A DNA stretch of 64,000 nt from an uncultured Chloroflexia bacterium (GTDB lineage: Bacteria; Chloroflexota; Limnocylindria; Limnocylindrales; CSP1-4). Under the pieces are notes generated by a model. It did no database searches, had not been told where the DNA came from, and saw only the letters and a list, made by a program, of their open reading frames with translations. The stretch spans positions 28,243 to 92,242 of the forward strand of contig CAWGWF010000006.1 in assembly GCA_963826225.1 (NCBI GenBank), given 5' to 3'. Below are positions 19,513-29,897 of this stretch, one piece after another (the stretch's first letter is position 1; each line of letters begins with the position of its first letter). The translations under genes were made by a program, and so were the position numbers.

Positions 19513-20703
19513 TCAGCCGGTCGGGGTGCGCCCGCTCCGGCCCGGTGCGGGAGCGGGACTCGTTTCGCTCGCACTGGCGGGGTTTGGGACGGGATCGGCG
19601 TCCGTCGCGATCAGCAGGTTGCCGCTCACGTCCGACCCGCCCAGCGACACGATGGCGCGCGTGTTCCCGGCGGCCTGCTCGGCCACCCGGAGACGTGCCA
19701 GCTGCAGGTCGAACTGCGCTGCGGCGGGGTACGCCGCCAGCCGGGCCTCCAGCTTCGCGAGCCGCAGCTCCTCGACCTCCGCCGCCTTCTGCACCGCCGC
19801 GCGGCGGCCTTCCTGCTCCTCGACCTCCAGGCGGGCCTGGTCGGCGATCCGGCGCTGATCGAGGGCAGTCTGCTCCACCTGCTCCGCGAGCTTGACCGCC
19901 GCCAGGCGCCGCGCCTCGAGCGACGCCGTCAGCTCGGCCGGCAGCGTGACGTTCGTGATCGCGACCGACGGCACGTTCAGCCCGAACGACCCCAGCCGCT
20001 CGTCGATGATCGCCCGCAGCCGGTCGGTCGCCTCCGGTCCAATGTCGAGCGTCGCCAGCGCGTCCATGCCCCGCACCAGCTTGCGCACCGCGTCCTGGCT
20101 CGTCGCATGGACGAGCTGGTCCAGGTCGCCGGTCGAGATCGAGCGCACGAGCTGCTGGGCGTCGGTGACCACCAGCGTGAGCAGGGCGTCCACGCTCACC
20201 CCCACGCCGTCCGAAGAACGGACCGCGACCGCGGGGACGTCGAACGCGAGCTGGCGGGTGGACACGAGGTGCGTCAGCGCGATGATCGGCAGGACCGTGT
20301 GGACGCCCTCGCCGAGGGCGCCGGCCGGCCGGCCGCCCCGGACGACGACTCCGACGGCCCCGACCGGCACGCGGATGAAGATCCGGGCCAGGAGCCCGAC
20401 GACCAGCGCCATGACCGCGCCGATGATGATCAGGAGTCGCAGGAACAGGTCGAGCGTGGGTACCAGGATCCCCGATGCCACGAGCGCGATCGCGACCACG
20501 ATCCACACGGGCTGGATGGGCGGCTGGGCGCGGATCCGGGCGATCAGCGGCACGCGCCCGTAGGCGTCGCGCTGCTCGAGGAGCGCCGCGGCGCCCACGA
20601 TCCCGGTCTCCACCTCGGTGATCTGGATGTATGCCTGCGCGAGGGCCCGGGCGGCCTCGCCGGCCGCCTCGACGGATTCGATGCGCGCCGGGTCGTCGCT
20701 CAC
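19513..20703 (-). CDS. SPFH/band 7 domain membrane protein
   Basis: Two TM helices, SPFH-like beta domain (SSDGVGVSVDALL), C-terminal coiled coil. Confidence 0.75.
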   Translation of the reverse strand: MSDDPARIESVEAAGEAARALAQAYIQITEVETGIVGAAALLEQRDAYGRVPLIARIRAQPPIQPVWIVVAIALVASGILVPTLDLFLRLLIIIGAVMALVVGLLARIFIRVPVGAVGVVVRGGRPAGALGEGVHTVLPIIALTHLVSTRQLAFDVPAVAVRSSDGVGVSVDALLTLVVTDAQQLVRSISTGDLDQLVHATSQDAVRKLVRGMDALATLDIGPEATDRLRAIIDERLGSFGLNVPSVAITNVTLPAELTASLEARRLAAVKLAEQVEQTALDQRRIADQARLEVEEQEGRRAAVQKAAEVEELRLAKLEARLAAYPAAAQFDLQLARLRVAEQAAGNTRAIVSLGGSDVSGNLLIATDADPVPNPASASETSPAPAPGRSGRTPTG

Positions 20704-22001
20704 GGAACGGCACTCCTCGTGGTGGTGGTGGCAGTGGCGGTGGTCGCCGCGGGCCTCGCGGCGGCGGTGCGGTAGACGGACGGCACGACGGCGGACATTG
20801 CCTGGCGGCTGCGACGCCGCTCACCGGGCAGCACCCCGGCAGGCGCCGCGGGCTCGGACAGCCGGCCGTGGAGGTAGCGGACGACGTCGCGTGCAATCGC
20901 GATGGCGGGGGCCGCGAACAGCAGCCAGCCGATGCCGAACTCGCTCAGGACCACGATGCCGGGGATCAGCAGCCCCGGATGGACATCCAGGATGCCGCGG
21001 CGCACCCGGCCGCCCACCGCGGCGTCCGCGATCTTGACCGCGCCGACGTACACGATGGTGATCACCAGCGCCGGCCCAGGCCCGGCGATCGCAAGCACCA
21101 AGAGGATGGGCAGGAAGCCGAGGAAGAAACCGAGCTCCGGGATGAGCTGCAGGATCCCCAGCAGTGCCCCCCCGGTTGCCGCATACGGGAACTCGCCGAT
21201 GCCGGCCGCGGACGCGACCTGGAGCCCGAGCCAGATGAGGACGCCCGACGTGAGCGCGAGGAGGACCTGGCCGCGCAGGAACGACGACAGCGCCCGGTCC
21301 ACGATCCGGACCACGGCGATGACGTCCGGGCGGATCGCCGGGGCGATGAGCCGGCCCGCGCGGCGCTTGATGTTGCCCTCGTCGGCGACGACCGTCAGGA
21401 TCCAGACCGGGATCACGAGCAGGCCCACCACGAAGCTCACCGTGCCGAGGATGCCCAGCATCTGGTCCGTGATGAACGTCGCGGCCCCCGCCACGAGCCC
21501 GTCGATCGCAGCCGAGAGGCGGGCGACGACCTCCGTGCTGACGTCGAGCACGATGCTGCGCATCGGCTCCGGCAGGTCGCCGAGCTGCGTCTCGAGGCCG
21601 GTCAGCTGGCCCCGGATCTCGTCCGCGGTGGGCAGCCGAAGCGCCACCTGGACGAGACCGCGCAGCACCGGCGGCACGATCACCGCAAATGCGCCGACCA
21701 GGACGGCCAGCGCCACGACCTCGGCGAGCAGCGCGGCCAGGACCCGCGGCATCACCGCGTCGAGGCGGTTCGCGATCGGCAGGACGGCATAGGCCAGCAC
21801 GGCGCCCACGATGAACGGCAGCACGGCGGGCCAGGTGGCCGTGACGACCCACCCCGCAAGCGCGAGGGTGGTGATCGCCAGCACGGCCCGACCCACCGCC
21901 TGCGGCGTGGTGGTCCGCGCCCGTGCGCCGAGATCGGCCCACGCGCGTCGCGCGCGCGCCTGGGCGCCGGCCTGTGCCCGGGCTGTCGGTGACATCGTCA
22001 T
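20700..22001 (-). CDS. AI-2E family transporter
   Basis: LPFIVGAVLAYAVLP, SFLRGQ, LQLIPELG, VHPG; many TM helices. Confidence 0.85.
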   Translation of the reverse strand: MTMSPTARAQAGAQARARRAWADLGARARTTTPQAVGRAVLAITTLALAGWVVTATWPAVLPFIVGAVLAYAVLPIANRLDAVMPRVLAALLAEVVALAVLVGAFAVIVPPVLRGLVQVALRLPTADEIRGQLTGLETQLGDLPEPMRSIVLDVSTEVVARLSAAIDGLVAGAATFITDQMLGILGTVSFVVGLLVIPVWILTVVADEGNIKRRAGRLIAPAIRPDVIAVVRIVDRALSSFLRGQVLLALTSGVLIWLGLQVASAAGIGEFPYAATGGALLGILQLIPELGFFLGFLPILLVLAIAGPGPALVITIVYVGAVKIADAAVGGRVRRGILDVHPGLLIPGIVVLSEFGIGWLLFAAPAIAIARDVVRYLHGRLSEPAAPAGVLPGERRRSRQAMSAVVPSVYRTAAARPAATTATATTTTRSAVP

Positions 22002-22114
22002 GACGGGGATCCTGGCAACTGCGCCTGCCTACTGGAGCGTGAGGGAGAGGGACGCGGCGAGTATAGGCATCGTCGGCCTCCCCGGCCGCCGCGGTGGCGG
22101 CATCGGGGAGCCCC

Positions 22115-22123
22115 TGCTATGAT
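22115..22123 (+). promoter_or_regulatory. Extended -10 promoter for tRNA-Asp
   Basis: TGCTATGAT ending 14 nt before the tRNA. Confidence 0.55.
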
Positions 22124-22137
22124 CCGCCACCGGCCGA

Positions 22138-22214
22138 GGACCCGTGGTGTAGCGGCCCAACATGCCAGCCTGTCACGCTGGAGATCGCCGGTTCGAATCC
22201 GGTCGGGTCCGCCA
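22138..22214 (+). tRNA. tRNA-Asp (anticodon GTC)
   Basis: GGACCCGTGGTGTAGCGGCCCAACATGCCAGCCT-GTC-ACGCTGGAGATCGCCGGTTCGAATCCGGTCGGGTCCGCCA. Confidence 0.97.
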
Positions 22215-22235
22215 CCAACCCCGCTTCTTCCCTAC

Positions 22236-22270
22236 GCCCCGTCCGCCCGCCCGGACGGGGCGTTCCCTTT
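22236..22270 (+). terminator. Terminator after tRNA-Asp
   Basis: GCCCCGTCCG...CGGACGGGGC hairpin followed by GTTCCCTTT. Confidence 0.6.
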
Positions 22271-22335
22271 CCCCGGACCGGCCACCGAGACCGGCTCGGG
22301 ATCGATGCGCGGCTCTCGGGTACCCTCCGCCTGCC

Positions 22336-24109
22336 ATGTCCGTCCGCGATCCCGGCTTCGACCCGCGCCGAGCCCGCCGCCACCCGCGGAGCGGCGCTCA
22401 CCGCCTCCAGGCCGGCCCGTCACGCCCCGCCTGGCTGCTGCCCGGCGCGGCCGTCGTCGCGGTGCTGGCGGTCCTCGTGCTCGGCTTCGGCAGCGGGCTG
22501 CTCGCCGGCAGTGGGTCCTCGCCGTCGCCCGGTGGCATGGCCGCCGCACCGGTCGCGCCGACGACGACGCCGGCCTCCGGGTCGCCGACCATCACCGACC
22601 CCTCGCCCGAGAGTGCACCCCCGGCCGCCGAGCCCCCGGCCGCCGAGCAGCCGTCCGAGGAGCCCCCCGAAGCGGTGCCGCCGGTCACCGTGGACGCGGA
22701 CGTCGCGATCGTGCCCGCCACGAGCTTCCGGTCACCGCGGACGAGCGTGCGCCCCGCCGACGTGCGGGCGATCGCCGCCGGGGACGGTGCCTTCGAGGCG
22801 CTCGTGCTGGTGGACGCCGAGGCGGATGCCATCCTCTCGGCGCTCGGGCGGGACCGGGCAGCATTCGGCAAGCGGCTCGTCACCGTGGCCGATGCGGCCG
22901 CGCTCCGGACGCACCTCACGAAGCGGGCGACCTCGCTCGGGTTCCTGCGCGCGGACGACATCGACGCATCGGTGCGTGCCCTCGGGTGGGGCGACAAGTC
23001 CCTGTTCGGCGTGGACCGCGTCGCGTCCCTGGCCGGCTGGCCGCTGACCGCGCAGCTCCCCGTCTCCTCCGGAGAGGTCCCCGCCTACGATCCCGGCGCG
23101 TCATGGACGATGGTCGCCGGTGGTGACGTCCTCCTGGACCGGGGGGTGCACCTCGCCATCGAGGACAGCCGGCGCGGCGCCAACTTCCCGTGGGACGGGG
23201 GCACCGTGGATATCACCGGGCGGTGCAAGGACTGCTCCGTCTTCGGCTGGGACCTGCCGTACACGAAGCGGACCGGCAACGGCGGCGCGGTCCGCGACCT
23301 GTTCAAGAGCGCGGACCTCGCCATCGCCAACTTCGAGAATCCGGCGCCGGACCGCTGGCGGTTCCACAGCAAGGGAACGGTGTTCTCGGCCAACCCGGCC
23401 CACCTGTCCGGTCTCGTCAACGCGGGCATCGACTGGGTGTCCCTGGCCAACAACCACATCGGCGACGCGGGCCGCAACGGCATCCTCCAGACGATGGGCA
23501 ACCTGGACGACGTCGGGATCCGCCACGGGGGCACCGGTCGGGACGCGACCCGGGCGCACCGGGCGACCCTGATGGAGGTCGGCGACGTCACGGTCGGGAT
23601 CCTGGGCTACGACACGATCGCCGCCTACTACCACGCGGACGCCGACACGGCCGGCAGCGCGAACATGACCACGAAGGGTCTCAGGCGGGACATCGCCGCC
23701 GCGCGCGAGGCGGGGGCGGACGTGGTGGTCGTGTTCCCGCACTGGGGGGTCGAGTACCAGGCGAAGGCGACACCCAAGCAGCAGCGCCTGGGCCGGGCCG
23801 CCATCGATGCCGGCGCGGACCTCGTGATCGGCAACCACCCGCACTGGGCGGGTGCCATGGAGACCTACAAGGGCAAGCCCATCTGGTACGCGCTGGGCAA
23901 TCTTCGTGTTCGACCAGACATGGTCCGAGTACACGATGGAGGGCCTCACCCTGGAGCTCACCTTCGACGGGGCGGATCTCGTCCAGGCGCGGATGCGCCC
24001 GCACCTGATCCTGGGCAGGGCCCAGCCCAACTTCCTTGACCCGGCCGGCGACGGCAAGTTCGTGATGAACCAGGTCTTCCGCGCCTCGGAGGGGCTCCTG
24101 GACTGGTAG
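22336..24109 (+). CDS. CapA (PGA_cap) family metallophosphoesterase, membrane anchored; frameshift near 23903
   Basis: AGGDVLLDR, ANFENP, SLANNHIGD, PHWGVEY, IGNHPH, YALGN then VFDQ in another frame. Confidence 0.85.
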
Positions 24110-24128
24110 CGGTCCCGCGCGGGCGGGC

Positions 24129-25118
24129 TCAGGCCCAGCCGTACGGGCCGGGTGCCAGCCCGTCGAGGCCGGCGAACAGGTCCGTCTCGTGGTCCGGGGC
24201 GTCGATCCGGCACTCGCGCCGGACGAACGCCTCGCGGTTCCAGAACTCGGCCCATGCCTCCTTGCCGAAGCGGACGAACGGGTTCCCGTCCGAGATCTGC
24301 GTGACGTGGGCGCGCATCGCGTCCCAGCGCTGGTCCAGCACGGCCGACACGTCCACCCACGCCGTGATCGTCTCGTCGGGCACCAGCATCCGGGCGGCGT
24401 ACGCCTCGAACTCCGCCCGCTCCTCCTCGGTGGCGTCCTCGGGTGGCGTCCAGAACGAGCGCTCGCCCACCGCCTCCATCCGGTCCTGCAGCGCCGTGCG
24501 GACCGAGGCGGGCAGCGCCTGCTCGTACAGCTTCGCTGGCGCCCACGGCGCCAGGCCGCCCTCGCCTGCGGGCGCACCGGTTCCCCCGTGCTCGGGCGCG
24601 AGCTGCCCCGGGTACCAGGCGGGATCGCCCGCCCGGGCGAACGCGCCGACGGCCACGACGTGCGTCCGGATATGGTCCGGGTGCCCGTAGCCGCCGAAGT
24701 CGTTGTAGGTCGTCATGACGTCCGGGCGGTACCGGCGGACCATCCAGGTCATGCGGCCGATCGCCTCGTCGATGTCGGCCTGCCAGAAGCAGCGCGGATC
24801 GTGGTTGCCGGGCCGGCCCATCATGTCCGAGTCCCGGTAGCCCAGCGTGTCCCACTCGGTCACGCCCAGGGCGGCGACGGAGCGCTCCAGCTCGGCGGCG
24901 CGCAGCTCGCCCAGGCGTCGGTGGTTGTCCTCGGTGTCCATCTCCGGGACGACGATGTCGCCCATCTCGCCGCGCGTGCAGGTGATCAGCACGACGCGCC
25001 GGCCGTCGCGCACCGCGCGGGCCATCGTGCCCCCGGTGCCGATCACCTCGTCGTCGGGGTGCGCGTGGGTGGTCATCAGGGTGGGAACGTGGGTCGCCTG
25101 GGACGTCGCGGTGCTCAT
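24129..25118 (-). CDS. PIG-L family deacetylase (Mca/MshB-like)
   Basis: HAHPDDE, CTRGEMG, LGYRDS, TYNDFGGYGHPDHI, AHVTQI. Confidence 0.85.
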   Translation of the reverse strand: MSTATSQATHVPTLMTTHAHPDDEVIGTGGTMARAVRDGRRVVLITCTRGEMGDIVVPEMDTEDNHRRLGELRAAELERSVAALGVTEWDTLGYRDSDMMGRPGNHDPRCFWQADIDEAIGRMTWMVRRYRPDVMTTYNDFGGYGHPDHIRTHVVAVGAFARAGDPAWYPGQLAPEHGGTGAPAGEGGLAPWAPAKLYEQALPASVRTALQDRMEAVGERSFWTPPEDATEEERAEFEAYAARMLVPDETITAWVDVSAVLDQRWDAMRAHVTQISDGNPFVRFGKEAWAEFWNREAFVRRECRIDAPDHETDLFAGLDGLAPGPYGWA

Positions 25119-25217
25119 GGGCGGCAATGCTAGCCTCCCGGGCGGTCACGGTCGCGTCACGGACCATCCGGCATCATCCGGTGGCTCCGCCGCCCGCCAC
25201 CCCACCAGAGGTCGCCC

Positions 25218-25920
25218 ATGATCCGCTTCGCCCGCCCGCACCGTCCCGCCGCCCGTCGGCGCCCGCCTCGCCGCGGCCCTCGTCGTCGCCGTCATCGCCG
25301 TGGGCGCATGCGGCGGCACCTCTGCCACGGACGAGCCCGCGGCCACCGCCGCCCCCGCGGCCACCGACGCAGCGCCGGCACCCGCCACCGACGCGCCGGC
25401 CGCCTCACCGGGTGCCTCGCCGGCCGCAGGAGCCCCCTCCGCCGCCCCCTCCGCGGCCCCCATCGCGAACCCCGCCGCGGCCGCCCTGGCCGGCAAGGCG
25501 TGGGCGACGGCCGAGCTCACGGATGTGGCGACCGGGCAGCCGTTCCGGATCGCGGACTTCGCCGGTCGCACCGTGTTCGTCGAGACGATGGCCATCTGGT
25601 GCGCCAACTGCCGGGCGCAGCAGGGCCGCTTCACCGAGGCGCTCGGCCGCCTGGACCCGGAGCGCGTCGCGTACGTCGTGCTCACCGTGGAGCCGTCCGA
25701 GACCGCGGACGACCTCGCCCGCTACCGCGAGAAGCAGGGCTTCGCCGGCTCGTACGCGGTCGCCGGGCGGGACGTGTCCGCGGCGCTCGACGCGGAGTTC
25801 GGGGCCAACGTCCTCAACCCGCCGTCGGTGCCCGTGATCGTGATCGCCCCGGACGGCACCGTGTCGTTCCGGACCGGCGCCGAGAGCGCGGACGAGATCG
25901 TCAAGCTCGCCGGCGGCTGA
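25218..25920 (+). CDS. TlpA-like thioredoxin lipoprotein; probable indel just after the ATG
   Basis: Lipobox VGAC, Ala/Pro linker, FVETMAIWCANC (CxxC), PVIVIAPDG. Confidence 0.75.
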
Positions 25921-25922
25921 CG

Positions 25923-26597
25923 TTGGGCGAGCTCGCGGCCGTGTTCCTGGCCGGCCTGGCCAGCGCCGCCAGCCCCTGCCTGCTGCCGCTCTACCCGGGC
26001 TTCATCGCCTACCTGTCGGCGAACGCAGGGTCCTTCGCCGGGCGCCGGGCGAGCGGCCTCCTGGGCCTGCTCGTGCTGCTCGGCGTCCTCTCCACGATGG
26101 CGGTCGTCGGCCTCGTCCTGTTCCTGGTGTCGGTGCCCATCGGCCGGGTCGCGAGCCTGCTGGTGCCGGTCATCGACGGCGTCCTGATCGCCCTCGGCGT
26201 CCTGCTGCTCCTGGGGCGCAACCCGTTCAACCGGCTGCCCGGGATGCGGGTCCCGATCGTGGCCAACCCGTACCGCCAGGCGTACCTCTACGGGGTCATG
26301 CTGGGGCCCATCGCGCTGCCTTGCGCGGGGCCGTTCCTGGCCGCGCTGCTGGCGGTCTCGGTGGGCTTCGGCGACGCCGCCTGGCGGATCGGGACGTTTC
26401 TCGTGTTCGGCCTGGGGTTCGGGCTGCCGCTGGTGCTCCTGTCGCTGGTGGCGGGCGCGCGGCAGCGGACGGTCGTCCGGTTCGTGCTGGACCACCACCG
26501 GGCGATCGAGATCGTGTCCGGCGTGGTCCTGATCCTGGTGGCGACCTGGGACCTGCGCGAGAACTGGGACGGGATCCTGTTCACGCTGGGGCTGTAG
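25923..26597 (+). CDS. ccdA: Cytochrome c biogenesis CcdA/DsbD-family membrane protein
   Basis: ASPCLLPLYPGFIAYL and ALPCAGP conserved Cys motifs; about 6 TM helices. Confidence 0.85.
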   Translation: MGELAAVFLAGLASAASPCLLPLYPGFIAYLSANAGSFAGRRASGLLGLLVLLGVLSTMAVVGLVLFLVSVPIGRVASLLVPVIDGVLIALGVLLLLGRNPFNRLPGMRVPIVANPYRQAYLYGVMLGPIALPCAGPFLAALLAVSVGFGDAAWRIGTFLVFGLGFGLPLVLLSLVAGARQRTVVRFVLDHHRAIEIVSGVVLILVATWDLRENWDGILFTLGL

Positions 26598-26610
26598 GCT
26601 TCGCCGTCCG

Positions 26611-27102
26611 ATGACCGAGCCGTTCACCAGCCCGGCGATCGCGGCCCTCGAAGCCGCCGGCATCCCGTTCCGCCTCGTGCGCACGGAGATTGCCCGCAAC
26701 GCCGAGGAGAGCGCGGCGTTCCAGGGAATCCCCGTGGGCTCCCTGCTGCGCTCGATCCTCGTGCGCCGCGCCGCCGACGACTACCTGTTCGTGCTGGTCC
26801 CCGGCGGCCGTCGCTTCGACTGGCCGAAGCTGCGCGCGCACCTGGGCACGAGCCGCCTCTCGCTCCCGGACGCGGACGAGGCGAAGGCGATCACCGGCTA
26901 CGAGCGGGGTGCCATCACGCCGTTCGGGGCGCTGCGCCCCTGGCCGGTCATCGCGGACGCGTCGATCCTGGGCCTGGACTCGGTGGCGATCGGCGGCGGC
27001 GCTCGTGGCGTCAACGTGCACGTGACGCCGGCGGACCTGATCGCGGCAGCCGGCGCCGAGGTCCTGGACATCAGCGTGCCCGAGCCACCGGCGGGCGGCT
27101 GA
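26611..27102 (+). CDS. YbaK/EbsC aminoacyl-tRNA deacylase family
   Basis: ITGYERGAITPFG, AIGGGARG. Confidence 0.85.
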   Translation: MTEPFTSPAIAALEAAGIPFRLVRTEIARNAEESAAFQGIPVGSLLRSILVRRAADDYLFVLVPGGRRFDWPKLRAHLGTSRLSLPDADEAKAITGYERGAITPFGALRPWPVIADASILGLDSVAIGGGARGVNVHVTPADLIAAAGAEVLDISVPEPPAGG

Positions 27103-27130
27103 CCCCGCGGCAGGGCTACCATCGATGCTG

Positions 27131-28387
27131 ATGGCCGAAACCTCCTCGCCCGCCCCCGGTCCCGGCCCGCTGGCCGGCATCCGCATCGCCGACTGCTCCA
27201 CGGTCCTCGCCGGCCCGCTGTGCACGATGATCCTGGCGGACCTGGGCGCCAACGTGGTCAAGGTGGAGCCGCCGGAGGGCGACGCGACCCGCGGCTGGGG
27301 TCCTCCCTGGGTGGGGGACGAGGCCGCCGGCACGCTGACCGCCGCCTACTACCTGGCCGTCAACCGCAACAAGCGCTCGATCCGCCTCGACCTGCGGCAG
27401 CCGGCCGGACGCGAGGTGCTGGGGCGCATCCTGGCCTCCTCGGACGTGCTGGTGGAGAACTTCCGGGTGGGCGGGCTGGAGCGCCTGGGCCTGGGCGACG
27501 ACGTGCTCGAGGCGATCAACCCGGACCTCGTTCACCTCGCCATCTCCGGCTTCGGGCCGGACGGGCCGGACGCCGCGAAGCCGGGCTACGACTTCGTGGT
27601 CCAGGCCGTGGGCGGCCTGATGTCCATCACGGGCCAGCCGGACGCGGACGGCGGGGAACCCACCAAGGTGGGCGTCGCGATCAGCGACGTGGTGACCGGG
27701 TTGTTCGGGGCGGTGTCCGTGCTGGCCGCGCTGCTGGGCAGGAACCTCTCGGAGGCGGCCGAGGCGGGAGGCGTCGGCCAGCGGATCGACGTGTCGCTCC
27801 TGGAGTCCACCCTCGCCGCGCTGGTCAACCAGGCGCAGAACGCGTTCGTCACCGGGCGCGCCCCGGGCCGCATGGGCAACGCCCATCCCAACATCGCCCC
27901 GTACGAGACGTTCCGGACCGCGGACGGCGAGCTGGTGCTGGCGGTCGGAAGCGAGCGCCAGTGGCCGCGCCTGTGCGAGGCGATGGGGATGCCCGAGCTG
28001 GCCGCGGACCCGCGCTTCGTGGCCAACGGGGACCGGGTCGTCCATCGGGCGGAGCTCCGCCCGATCCTGGCCGAGCGGTTCCTCGCCCGCCCCACCGCCG
28101 AGTGGCTGGCGGACCTGGATGCGGCGGACGTGCCATGCAGCCCTGTCAACGACCTGGTGGCGGCCTTCGCCTCGCCGCAGGCGCAGGCGCGGGGCATGAC
28201 CGTGGACGTGGAGCACCCGGTGATGGGCACGATCCGCCAGGTCGGCCCGCCGTTCCGGTTCTCCGCCACGCCCGCCTCCATCCGGACCGCGCCGCCGATG
28301 CTGGGCGAGCACACGGACGAGATCCTGGAGCAGCTGGGCTACGAGGCCGACGAGATCGAGGAGCTGCGGGCGGCGGGAACGGTCTGA
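27131..28387 (+). CDS. CaiB/BaiF family III CoA transferase
   Basis: LAGP, LADLGANVVKVEPPEGD, NRNKRSI, ENFR, ISGFG, PGYD, PMLGEHT. Confidence 0.92.
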   Translation: MAETSSPAPGPGPLAGIRIADCSTVLAGPLCTMILADLGANVVKVEPPEGDATRGWGPPWVGDEAAGTLTAAYYLAVNRNKRSIRLDLRQPAGREVLGRILASSDVLVENFRVGGLERLGLGDDVLEAINPDLVHLAISGFGPDGPDAAKPGYDFVVQAVGGLMSITGQPDADGGEPTKVGVAISDVVTGLFGAVSVLAALLGRNLSEAAEAGGVGQRIDVSLLESTLAALVNQAQNAFVTGRAPGRMGNAHPNIAPYETFRTADGELVLAVGSERQWPRLCEAMGMPELAADPRFVANGDRVVHRAELRPILAERFLARPTAEWLADLDAADVPCSPVNDLVAAFASPQAQARGMTVDVEHPVMGTIRQVGPPFRFSATPASIRTAPPMLGEHTDEILEQLGYEADEIEELRAAGTV

Positions 28388-28389
28388 CC

Positions 28390-28833
28390 GTGCGGCGCGG
28401 GATGATCACCTACCCGACGGGGCGCCTGCTCGCCGTCGTGGATCGCCCGGAGACGGCGGCCGCTGCGGCGACGGCCCTGGTGGAGGACGGTGTGGTGCCC
28501 GCGGCGGACGTGGAGATCCTGGCCGGCCCGGACGGGAGGGAGCGCCTGGGACGGCTCGGCTCGCGGCCCAACCTGCTGTCCCGCACCGTCCGGCTGTTCC
28601 AGTTCATGAGCATGGACCAGCTGCCGGACTTCCTGGTCTACGAGCGCGCGATCGACGACGGCCGGGCGGTGGTCGCGGTCCGCGTGACCGGACGCGAGGC
28701 GATGCTCCGCGTCCGGGACGTCCTGGAGCACCACGGCGCGCACTTCCAGAACCACTTCGGGCGCTTCCAGACCGAGGAGGTCTCGATGTGGCGGGGCCCG
28801 GAGCCGGACATCCCGGGCCCGCTGCGCCGCTGA
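28390..28833 (+). CDS. Hypothetical protein
   Basis: VRRGMITYPTGRLLAVVD...HFGRF; coding-like codon usage; 2 bp after the upstream stop. Confidence 0.6.
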   Translation: MRRGMITYPTGRLLAVVDRPETAAAAATALVEDGVVPAADVEILAGPDGRERLGRLGSRPNLLSRTVRLFQFMSMDQLPDFLVYERAIDDGRAVVAVRVTGREAMLRVRDVLEHHGAHFQNHFGRFQTEEVSMWRGPEPDIPGPLRR

Positions 28834-29262
28834 ACCACCTCGGCCTCGGCCGTTCCGCCGCGGCACCCATCAGACCTCAGCCCCCGCCGGCCACGCGCGT
28901 ATGCGTACTGGGCTTAGCGGATACGGTTCCAGGCCCCGTCGGGAGTTCGGACTGGGACGCACCCCGGCTTCGGCCCGATCCACGCACGTGCATCCGTGCC
29001 ACGCATCTTCCGCTCGTATCAACACCGATGCCCGTGCCCGCCGCCGGAGCCTGCGGCGAACGAAGCGTGGTACGCATAGCGGACGCGGTGGAGCCGCCCG
29101 GGGGCGATGGACGCCGTGGCCGCACCCCGTGTTCGTGGGCCTCCTCAGCGTTGCCGCAGCCCACGGCGACGCCTCGAGGACGGGGCCCGAGGACCGCAGC
29201 CGCGCCTCGCGGGCGCTGGCCGGAGGGCCGCAGCAGCAGGCGCACAGGTCTATCGTTGAACC

Positions 29263-29676
29263 GTGAGCCACGACCCTCTCCCGCCGATGGGCCCTTCGGA
29301 CCCTCCGGTCGCGCGCATCCTCGAGCGCGCCTGGCGTCTCACGCCCAGCGAGGCAGCGTTGCTCGACGCCGCCGTCCGCAGGAACGTCGGTGTCGGCCTC
29401 ACGGCCCGCCGTGCCCTCGATGCGCATCATCGATTCCTGAACGCCACCGCCATGTTCACCGACTGGCCGGACCCGGCACCCGAGATGATGGAGGCGCGTC
29501 GGCGGGTCGCGGTCGTGCTTGGCGCGCCCCTCCGACCCTTCGATCCGATCGAGCCGGATGACGGCAGCGTCCTATGGGGCGCATCGACCGCCACCGCCTA
29601 CGCCGTCCTCGGGTCCGGGCGGGCCGCGTCGTCGGCGGAGCTTCGCGCTGCCTGGGAGGAGGTCATCGGCAGGTAG
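29263..29676 (+). CDS. Hypothetical protein
   Basis: 137-aa ORF with ordinary protein composition; no recognised motif. Confidence 0.45.
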   Translation: MSHDPLPPMGPSDPPVARILERAWRLTPSEAALLDAAVRRNVGVGLTARRALDAHHRFLNATAMFTDWPDPAPEMMEARRRVAVVLGAPLRPFDPIEPDDGSVLWGASTATAYAVLGSGRAASSAELRAAWEEVIGR

Positions 29677-29820
29677 CCTGAAGACCCTGCCGGACGCTCC
29701 GTGGCACAGGTCGGTGCCATACCGTGGTGGTTCACGCAGTACTGGCGCCGGGAACCGGGGTGTTCGACGCGGGAGCCACGCTCCTTGGGCCCGCTGGTGG
29801 CACCGAGGCGTGCCACGCAA

Positions 29821-29897
29821 CGGTGGAACGAACGGGCGCCGGTACGCCGGGCGGCAAAACCGCGGTGGAACGAACGGGCGCCGCTACGCCGGGCGGC
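29821..29897. repeat. Direct repeat, 35 bp x2 with 42-bp period, covering the GntR stop codon
   Basis: CGGTGGAACGAACGGGCGCCG(G/C)TACGCCGGGCGGC at 29821 and 29863. Confidence 0.8.

Noticed and set aside
22138-22270. tRNA-Asp as a second integration site
   Set aside because: No adjacent integrase or duplicated 3' end seen; it is followed by a terminator and core-like genes
29821-29897. 35-bp repeats as a mini CRISPR array
   Set aside because: Only two copies, a 7-bp spacer, overlap with a gene end, and no cas genes
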